A stretch of DNA of 32,828 nucleotides from Nostoc sp. DedSLP01. Lineage in GTDB: Bacteria > Cyanobacteriota > Cyanobacteriia > Cyanobacteriales > Nostocaceae. Numbering within the stretch: position 1 is the first letter of the stretch; every line of letters starts with the position of its first letter. The DNA lies in the NCBI GenBank assembly GCA_034530875.2, contig JAVRCJ020000059.1, positions 1 to 32,828 on the forward strand, in the 5' to 3' direction. The position numbers and the translations under genes are program-made. The notes under the pieces are model-generated. The model was not told where the DNA came from. It worked only from the letters and a program-made list of their open reading frames with translations, and did not search any database. Shown here in pieces: positions 18,851-26,164 of this stretch.

Positions 18851-20134
18851 CTACTCGGACTGAATCGGGTTATCCTTGGGGTTAACTAATCTCAGTAGCT
18901 TTTGCTTAATTTGAGCGTCGAATACTTCCCATTTCATCTTGGCATAAGCGGAATTTTCGTTACTGCCAGATAAGAAACCCATCGGAATTTCAAAGCCACC
19001 TGCGCTTGTTCTTCCACCACCAAAAAAGCGGCCGGTGCTATCTTGTCCAAAGGCTTCTTTGATGAATTCATCGGGGTCAAGAGTGAGTTTGGTGGTTCTT
19101 AAAGAACCGATGACTATTTCTAATTCTTCGTCTTCATCGTGGACAATGCCATAAACTACGGCGGTATGGACGTTTTCTTCAGTGACGAGAAAATCAGCGG
19201 CTTGGGGGATGGCGTCGCGGTCGTCGTAGCGCAGGTAGCCGACACCGGCAATGGAAAAGTTATTTTGAACGATGCGATTTTTAAGCGATCGCTCGATCAC
19301 ATCCATCACCCGCTTGGAACGATTCGCCTGTAAAATGGCGTTCAGCAATTGCGCGTCATAAAATCGGCTTAAATATGCAGCTGCCATAAAGTCTTCTTCT
19401 TGCGCTTGCATCAACCGATTTGTATCGGAACGCAAGCCATGCATTAAGGCAGTAGCACATTTTACATGTTGATTTATGCTGCTATCTAATGTTAGCAATC
19501 CCGCTTGCAGATATTGAGTAAAAATTGTTGCTGTTGCTCGTACATAAGGACGAACATCAACAAATTCTGATTCGAGTTCGCCTTGTATACTGTGATGGTC
19601 AATCAGCGCCACTAATGGAATTCCGGCTTGCTGAACCGCTGATATTAGCTGTGAGGTAGTTCCTTGGTTATCAATTAATACGAAACCTTGATAACATGAC
19701 AAATCTTTGCTTTTCAAGGTTTGCTGCGTCCAGCGTTGAATCGGTAAATTAGTCAGTCTAACCAAGGCAATATTTTCTTGATGACTCAAAGCCCCAGCAT
19801 AAATAATTTCACACTTGATATCATATTGCTGGGCAATTAATTGATAAGTCCAAGCACAAGAAAGAGCGTCTGGGTCGGGAAAATCTTGCAAAATTACTAG
19901 TTGGCGGTCGTGCCGATGCGCCAAGAGAGTTTTTTGCAGTTCTTCTGATTTTTGTTGTGCTAGGGAATTACCACGCTGACTAAGATAGATAGTTCCTTCA
20001 CTGAGCGATGGTTGTAATGATGGACTTTTAAGTGCAACTTCCACTGGGTCTTTCTCTATTTCAGATTCCTCGGGGCTTGGTTCTGGAGTTAATGACAAAT
20101 TGTCAAACTCATTTACGGGAGTATTTAAGTACAT
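18851..20134 (-). CDS. DHH-family phosphoesterase (NrnA-like oligoribonuclease/pAp phosphatase)
   Basis: PDPDALS, LIDNQ, IDHH, SDT and C-terminal GGGR (DHHA1) motifs. Confidence 0.92.
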   Translation of the reverse strand: MYLNTPVNEFDNLSLTPEPSPEESEIEKDPVEVALKSPSLQPSLSEGTIYLSQRGNSLAQQKSEELQKTLLAHRHDRQLVILQDFPDPDALSCAWTYQLIAQQYDIKCEIIYAGALSHQENIALVRLTNLPIQRWTQQTLKSKDLSCYQGFVLIDNQGTTSQLISAVQQAGIPLVALIDHHSIQGELESEFVDVRPYVRATATIFTQYLQAGLLTLDSSINQHVKCATALMHGLRSDTNRLMQAQEEDFMAAAYLSRFYDAQLLNAILQANRSKRVMDVIERSLKNRIVQNNFSIAGVGYLRYDDRDAIPQAADFLVTEENVHTAVVYGIVHDEDEELEIVIGSLRTTKLTLDPDEFIKEAFGQDSTGRFFGGGRTSAGGFEIPMGFLSGSNENSAYAKMKWEVFDAQIKQKLLRLVNPKDNPIQSE

Positions 20135-20804
20135 AGGGAACTTTTTATAAAGTGTGAGGCTCTATTGATTCAGAAACACTACAATCAGCTATTCACTGAA
20201 TCTAGCCACATTGTTTCGATCTTGGCAAAAATATTAAAACATCGCACTATACATCTGAGTATATTTTTTGTCAATAACAGCGTTCAATAATTAACTAAAT
20301 TCAACTACAATGCCTATAGATGCTAGAAAAAAGGAGGTTTTGTATATCTGGTTGTATCTGCTAGCATAAACCTTTTTAGGAGCTTTTTTATTTTCTTTAA
20401 TTTTCACTCTAAGGACTTTTATTCAAGTGTCGATTGCAGACTTTAAAATTTATCTTGCTTAGGGTATACTTTCCATCTAATACTTTAGAGTTAACCTTTG
20501 ATATTTAAAACAATCTTAAGTTCAATAGTCTCATTATTTGGACTATTGAGCAATTAATAATTATATCTTTAAAAACTGGAGTATTACCATTACGAGTGCT
20601 GTCAGGCGCAGCGGGGCGATGAGCCGCGTTTTGAGTGAGGTAAAGACGCGATAGTACTTAAGTCTGTAAGGGAGTTGTTCTTGCCTCCGTCTCCTCAGTC
20701 CCCAATCCTCAATCAAAAAACAGTGAAGACTAGTTTTTTGCCACTCTGTTGAGATATACTAGGTAGCCGTTGCCTTTTTTGGGTGGATTTTATCAAACTG
20801 CTAT

Positions 20805-20937
20805 GTCAGCTTGTGCCGGACAATGTGCCTTAAAATCTGCGGACAAACCTCATCTGACACGCGATTTGTCAAAGCCAAATGCGTGGAAATTAGGCTTGGC
20901 CTTATTTTCAAAGAAAGCACAAAGGCAAAGCTGTGAC
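20805..20937 (-). ncRNA. Candidate structured RNA immediately downstream of the HNH gene
   Basis: Long interrupted closing stem (20914-20937 with 20805-20831) encloses two hairpins. Pairing was done by hand; no family recognised. Confidence 0.4.
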
Positions 20938-20976
20938 TGTTGGGTTATGATGTTGGGGCTGTTAGGCTATGTCATA

Positions 20977-21474
20977 TCAAAGTCCAATAACGTACTTTTG
21001 CCACTCTGTATGCAGTCCACTTTTGAGATGTTTGCTGACCTCAAAATACAGACTGCTATAAGGTTGGCGAGGAGGATGGCGCAAAGGCATGTGGGCTTCG
21101 TGGGGAGTACGACTGCCTTTTTTGACGTTGCAACGGACGCAAGCTGTGACAATGTTCTCCCAGGTATCTCCTCCGCCACGCGATCGCGGTATTACATGGT
21201 CTAAGGTCAACTCATCTCCTGTGTAACCACAGTATTGACAGGCATGACCGTCACGATGCAATATATTCCGGCGAGTAAGAGGAATTTCTTTATAAGGGAC
21301 GCGGACATAATGACGCAACCTGATGACGGTTGGCAGCGGAAAATCCGAATAAAGGAATTTACCGTTGTGTTCCACGCGTTCTGCCTTGCCCTTAATTAAC
21401 AGAACCGCAGCACGACGCCAACTCGTGATATTGAGAGGTTCGTAAGAGGCGTTTAAGACTAAAACCTTCCCCAT
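20977..21474 (-). CDS. Small Zn-binding HNH endonuclease (McrA-like)
   Basis: VLVLNASYEP N-terminus; RDGHACQYCG...TLDHVIPRSRGG...WENIVTACVRCNVKKG. Confidence 0.93.
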   Translation of the reverse strand: MGKVLVLNASYEPLNITSWRRAAVLLIKGKAERVEHNGKFLYSDFPLPTVIRLRHYVRVPYKEIPLTRRNILHRDGHACQYCGYTGDELTLDHVIPRSRGGGDTWENIVTACVRCNVKKGSRTPHEAHMPLRHPPRQPYSSLYFEVSKHLKSGLHTEWQKYVIGL

Positions 21475-21814
21475 TGATCTGCGCTCAGGGTATTAGTTTT
21501 ACATATATTAACACAAATATACCCTTCTAGGGAGATGATAAGAAATTATACTTTCGGCAGAATTACGAAATTGAGCTAAAAATCGGACATTAGAAGCGCT
21601 CAATTTTGAGCGAACAGCTTTAAGATTTATTCCCCCCTGCCCCCTGCCTCCCGTACTTTCCCTGAGCCTCATCTTTTCATATCCCCACTCCTTCACAAGC
21701 ATCTTGTATCAATTCCGAGTCGGGGTTAAACTTCCTGTTTAATCTGATATCGCTTTTAAAAGCGTGTATAGATAATTTGGAAGTCTAGCTCTGGTGTTAT
21801 AGGAGTCAGTACAA

Positions 21815-23002
21815 ATGTTAAGCCGCAACCAAACCCCCGGTGTAGTTCCTAACGAGCAGTGCGATACCTACGCGTGGTTCTCGCAACGAGCTTGGGTAGA
21901 AATTGATTTAGGCGCACTGTCGCACAACGTAAAGCAATTAGTGCAGTTTTTATCGCCAGGTACTCAATTGATGGCGGTGGTTAAAGCTGATGCTTACGGT
22001 CATGGCGCTGTAACTGTGGCTCAAACTGCAATCCAATCGGGAGCTAGTTGGCTGGGAGTGGCTACAGTTCCAGAGGCTATTCAATTGCGAGAAGGCGGGG
22101 TGCAAGCTCCAATTTTGATTTTAGGGGCGACTCATACACCAGAGCAGATTCATGCGATCGCTCAATGGCAACTTCAGCCGACACTGTGCAGTCCCAAACA
22201 AGCTTTAGTATTTTCCGATACCTTAGAATCTATGAAGTATGGTTCTCCCGTACCCGTACACATTAAATTAGATACGGGAATGTCTAGGTTGGGAACTAAT
22301 TGGCAGCAAGCGGCTGAATTTGTGCAGTTAGTGCAGCGCTTACCGCATCTTTCTATTGCCAGTATTTATTCTCATTTGGCAACAGCAGACGATCCCGATC
22401 CTACTGCGATGAAGGAACAGCATAGACGATTTGAGGAAGCGATCGCCCAAATCAAAGCAATCGGAATTCAACCACCTTGCTTGCACTTGGCTAACTCAGC
22501 CGCCGCACTTACAGACCGAGCATTGCACTACGATATTGTACGAGTGGGTTTAGCGGTTTACGGACTTTACCCAGCGCCACATTTACAAAAAGCGATCGAC
22601 CTCAAACCCGTTTTAGAACTTAAAGCCCGAGTTACCCAAGTCAAAACCATTGCCGCAGGAACCTCTGTCAGCTATGGTCATAAATTTGTTGCCCCGCGGG
22701 AACTTCGTCTTGCTGTCGTGGGAATTGGCTACGCTGACGGCGTTCCTCGCAATCTTTCTAATAAAATGCAGGTGTTAATTCGCGGTCGGCGAGTGCCGCA
22801 AATTGGCGCAATAACAATGGATCAGTTGATGCTGGATGTAAGTGCTATACCCGATATCCAGGAAGGAGAAGTAGTCACCTTGCTTGGAGAACAAGGAAGA
22901 GAAAAAATTTCCGCAGACGATTGGGCAGAGCAATTAAATACTATTTCATGGGAAATTCTCTGCGGCTTTAAGCATCGTTTGCCTCGTGTTGCGGTTATGT
23001 AA
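21815..23002 (+). CDS. alr: Alanine racemase
   Basis: AVVKADAYGHG (PLP lysine), KLDTGMSRLG, SHLATAD, HLANSAA, GYADG and MDQ motifs. Confidence 0.98.
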   Translation: MLSRNQTPGVVPNEQCDTYAWFSQRAWVEIDLGALSHNVKQLVQFLSPGTQLMAVVKADAYGHGAVTVAQTAIQSGASWLGVATVPEAIQLREGGVQAPILILGATHTPEQIHAIAQWQLQPTLCSPKQALVFSDTLESMKYGSPVPVHIKLDTGMSRLGTNWQQAAEFVQLVQRLPHLSIASIYSHLATADDPDPTAMKEQHRRFEEAIAQIKAIGIQPPCLHLANSAAALTDRALHYDIVRVGLAVYGLYPAPHLQKAIDLKPVLELKARVTQVKTIAAGTSVSYGHKFVAPRELRLAVVGIGYADGVPRNLSNKMQVLIRGRRVPQIGAITMDQLMLDVSAIPDIQEGEVVTLLGEQGREKISADDWAEQLNTISWEILCGFKHRLPRVAVM

Positions 23003-23003
23003 T

Positions 23004-23096
23004 TGGGAATGGGGGAAAACCCTTCGGGTAGGGAAAAGGGGAAAGGGGAAAGGGAAAAGGGAAGAATCTTTCGTTTAGCCTTTGCCCTTTCCCCTT
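23004..23096. repeat. STRR pair with the 24-bp element shared with 14870-14893
   Basis: AAAACCCTTCGGGTAGGGAAAAGG at 23016-23039, then (GGGGAAA)n and a complementary CCTTT tract. Confidence 0.85.
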
Positions 23097-23153
23097 GGCG
23101 AAGCCATCTCCCTATTCCCAAAAAGAATTTCTTATGGTAAGATAGGAACCTAT

Positions 23154-23235
23154 GCGGATGTGGCGGAATTGGCAGACGCGCTAGATTTAGGTTCTAGTTC
23201 CGAAAGGAGTGAAGGTTCAAGTCCTTTCATCCGCA
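23154..23235 (+). tRNA. trnL: tRNA-Leu, anticodon TAG
   Basis: Acceptor stem GCGGATG/CATCCGC, D-arm TGGCGGAATTGGCAGACGC, anticodon arm CTAGA-TTTAGGT-TCTAG, long variable arm, GGTTCAAGTCC T-arm. CCA is not encoded. Confidence 0.98.
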
Positions 23236-23255
23236 TTCTTAACTTAAATGTTTAA

Positions 23256-23292
23256 TACTGCATGAGCCTGTTGGCTCATGCAGTAAATTTTT
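23256..23292 (+). terminator. Terminator hairpin after tRNA-Leu
   Basis: Perfect 13-bp stem TACTGCATGAGCC/GGCTCATGCAGTA, 4-nt loop, then AATTTTT. Confidence 0.8.
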
Positions 23293-23659
23293 GAGTTAAT
23301 TTATCCTGAACAGCAAACAACAGAGTTGGTAGAGTTAGAATTTGCTGCGGTCAGAAGATTAGTGTCTGTGTTTTTTTTACATTGCGATCGCAAGCAAAAT
23401 TGGTTAAAGATGTGGTGATGTCTACGATGGGCTATGCTTAAGCACTCGCATAGCATTGGCAAGAAAAATAAACTGGCGATCACACATACAAATTTTTTGA
23501 TAACCAATTCTGCCTTTAATAAGGTAGGTACACTTTTTTCCCTGTTCCCTCTGTGTACAAGCGATTCAGGGATCGCATCCGAGCGCATATAAAATTTTAC
23601 TTAATATTTTTCTAACTCGTAGGTTCTGATTTATAAAAGCTGTTTTATTTTTACTGGTT

Positions 23660-23840
23660 AAAATCAGTATTATTTCTGTTGTCAGAACAGTAGTACTTAA
23701 TCAAAAGTGGCTTTATTTAGTACAAATCTATTTCAAAGTTTGATTTTACTTAAGTGGAAATACAGTAGTTCAAAGATATTATTTTAAAAATCAGTATTAT
23801 TTCTGTGGTCAGAATGGGGTTAATCAATGGAAAGTGGCTT
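23660..23840. repeat. Duplicated ~55-bp block upstream of the chemosensory operon
   Basis: AAAATCAGTATTATTTCTGT(T/G)GTCAGAA at 23660-23687 and 23787-23814 (27/28 identical), each followed by TTAATCAA...AAGTGGCTT. Confidence 0.85.
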
Positions 23841-24109
23841 CATCTGGTCTTGACATTTCTATGTCTTATTTTTCAAGAATGCCTAGAAATCTCAGTAACA
23901 AAAAGTAAATTACTGACAATTTACGATTTTACTGAGATTTGAGCATTTCAAGATAAAGCCGCTTTCGTTGAGTTTCACCACAAATCTCAGAGGCCAAATT
24001 TATGTACTTTAAAACTACAAAATTTTGAAGCTTTTACTTAAGTTGAATTGTGGAAAGACTCTGCACGAATTTAGCTGACACCTACTGAATTTAGCTGAGT
24101 AAAAGCAAA

Positions 24110-25153
24110 ATGAGCACAACTCCTATAGGTAGCTACAAGTTGTTTCAAAAACTACATCCGCTATCTCTGTTGGCACAATTAACTAGTCGGCGTGCTACAG
24201 GTTGCTTAAGCGTATTTACTGGCATAGTTTATTGGTCAATTTATCTAGAGGACGGTAAACTTACTTATGCCTCCTATTCAGATAAACTGTTTGAACGGCT
24301 TGATAGTCACTTGCGGCGCTTGAGTCAGCAAATTCCTGCTCTCAACAGCGCCACTCGCGTACAGATGCGACTGATGTTTGAAACAAAAAATGAACATCAA
24401 TCAATACCAAATGCAGATTACCAAGCTATTTGTTGGTTAGTCAATCAGGAGTTGATTACGCCTGTGCAAGCAGGAACTCTGATAGACGAATTAGCAAAAG
24501 AAGTACTGGAATCATTTCTTTGCTTGAAAGAAGGTAGCTATGAATTTAGTCCAGAAAATTCTTTGAACGAACTACCAAAGTTTTGCCGCCTGGATTTACG
24601 CTTACTTGTAGAACATTGCCAAAAGCAGTTAAGAAATCGACAAAATATCCAGTCATCAATTCCTGCTGGTGGGAACACTCAAGTTTTGCCACAATTACAA
24701 ATCAAACTTGGTCAAAAATCCCCCATACAAATCAACCTTGATATTTCTGACAATAATAATCTAACTAATCAGTTACCTGTTGCTAAAAGTACATATACAA
24801 TTGCCTGCATTGATGATAGTCAAACAGTGTTAAATTCCATTAAACATTTTCTGGATGAAAACACATTTACAGTTGTCACAATCAACGATCCGGTAAAAGC
24901 TTTAATGCAAATTCTCCGGAGCAAGCCGGATTTAATTTTGCTAGATGTTGAAATGCCTTCTTTAGATGGCTATGAACTCTGTTCTTTATTAAGGAAGCAT
25001 TCAGCTTTTAAAAATATTCCTATCATTATGGTGACTGGCAGAACCGGATTTATCGATAGAGCAAAGGCTAAAATGGTCAGATCTTCAGGATATTTGACCA
25101 AGCCTTTTACCCAGTCAGAATTGCTAAAAATGGTTTTTAAATATCTTGATTAA
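24110..25153 (+). CDS. PatA-type response regulator (PATAN + receiver)
   Basis: N-terminal PATAN-like region (RATGCL...WSIYLEDGKLTYA); C-terminal receiver CIDDS, LLDVEMP, YLTKPF. First gene of a cyanobacterial taxis operon. Confidence 0.9.
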   Translation: MSTTPIGSYKLFQKLHPLSLLAQLTSRRATGCLSVFTGIVYWSIYLEDGKLTYASYSDKLFERLDSHLRRLSQQIPALNSATRVQMRLMFETKNEHQSIPNADYQAICWLVNQELITPVQAGTLIDELAKEVLESFLCLKEGSYEFSPENSLNELPKFCRLDLRLLVEHCQKQLRNRQNIQSSIPAGGNTQVLPQLQIKLGQKSPIQINLDISDNNNLTNQLPVAKSTYTIACIDDSQTVLNSIKHFLDENTFTVVTINDPVKALMQILRSKPDLILLDVEMPSLDGYELCSLLRKHSAFKNIPIIMVTGRTGFIDRAKAKMVRSSGYLTKPFTQSELLKMVFKYLD

Positions 25154-25198
25154 GTTAGTAAATTTAATCGCCTTAAATTAGTTTTAGGAGATTTTATA

Positions 25199-25576
25199 GT
25201 GAGCCTGACTTTGCTTGGCACAATTCTAATTGTTGAAGATTCTCCCAGCGAATTGGAATTAATGAGCCATTATCTCAAAGAAAGTGGTTATAACGTTATT
25301 AAAACTACTAGTGCAAAAGAAGCTTTAGAAAAAGCTGTCTTAGAAAATCCAGATGCAATTGTTAGCGATGTAGTAATGCCAGAAATGAGTGGATTTGAGT
25401 TGTGCCGTTCTCTGAGGAAAAATCCAATTACTGCAAAAGTGCCGATTGTAATTTGTAGTTCTAAAAATCAGGAAATTGACCGTTTGTGGGCAATGAGGCA
25501 AGGTGCAGATGCCTACATAACTAAACCTTACACGCGCGAACATCTGCTACGCACTATTAAATCAGTGGTAATTTGA
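25199..25576 (+). CDS. cheY: CheY-like single-domain response regulator
   Basis: IVEDS, SDVVMP and YITKPY motifs; GTG start after AGGAG. Confidence 0.92.
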   Translation: MSLTLLGTILIVEDSPSELELMSHYLKESGYNVIKTTSAKEALEKAVLENPDAIVSDVVMPEMSGFELCRSLRKNPITAKVPIVICSSKNQEIDRLWAMRQGADAYITKPYTREHLLRTIKSVVI

Positions 25577-25580
25577 ACCA

Positions 25581-26078
25581 ATGACTACTACAAAAATTAC
25601 GCTTTCTTCAAAATCAGTAGAAAATAACTTAACAGACGGTTATTTAAAATTCCAATTAAATCAACAAACTGCTGCTGTTTTATCAATGAAACATACTCAA
25701 GAAGCTATTTTTTTGCCTGTTGAGTCTGTTACTTCCATGCCTAATATGCCACCTTGCATATTAGGATTAATGAATTGGCGGAGTCGGATAATTTGGGTAG
25801 TTGATTTGCCAAGAATGTTGAATTTAGAATCTCTCGATTATCGGGTACGCCAGTATAATGCGATCGTTGTTCGAGTAGAATCATTGCTGTTAGCTTTAGT
25901 TGTACAAGAAATCAGAGGTACAACTAAATTTGTTGCTGAGGATATTCATTCTCCTATAGGGCAAGTGGCATCTAGTTTAGTTCCTTATTTATGTGGTTGT
26001 GTAGTGCAGCAAAAAGAAATATTACTCGTGTTAGATGCTCAGGCAATTGTGCAGTCTTCTATTCTCCGCAGTGATTAG
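25581..26078 (+). CDS. cheW: CheW adaptor
   Basis: MPNMPPCILGLMNWRSRIIWVVDL and LLVLDAQAI motifs. Confidence 0.92.
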   Translation: MTTTKITLSSKSVENNLTDGYLKFQLNQQTAAVLSMKHTQEAIFLPVESVTSMPNMPPCILGLMNWRSRIIWVVDLPRMLNLESLDYRVRQYNAIVVRVESLLLALVVQEIRGTTKFVAEDIHSPIGQVASSLVPYLCGCVVQQKEILLVLDAQAIVQSSILRSD

Positions 26079-26164
26079 AATTTACTAAAAAGAATTTAGG
26101 AGTCAGAGTTCTTTATAAGAAATAATTTTTAGCGTACTGATTCACGTATTGGAGAAATAATTTT

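Noticed and set aside
20595..20710. Apparent three-way junction (GAGTGCTGTC/GATAGTACTT, CGCGTTTT/AAGACGCG) suggesting a riboswitch or ribozyme
   Set aside because: No riboswitch or hammerhead consensus. It looks like degenerate Nostoc dispersed repeats next to an STRR tract. Not fully excluded.
20770..21204. 144-aa plus-strand ORF
   Set aside because: About half is antisense to the HNH gene, it has a TTG start and no recognisable motif; the rest is better explained as RNA structure.
20977..21474. HNH gene as IscB/Cas9-like or intron-encoded homing nuclease
   Set aside because: Too short, with no RuvC or PLMP motifs and no interrupted host gene.
23660..23814. Direct repeats as a CRISPR array
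   Set aside because: Only two copies, a 99-bp spacer, similarity extending beyond the repeat, and no cas genes.
23154..24100. tRNA-Leu as an integration site for an island
   Set aside because: No integrase and no duplicated tRNA 3' end seen in the window; the native terminator follows directly.
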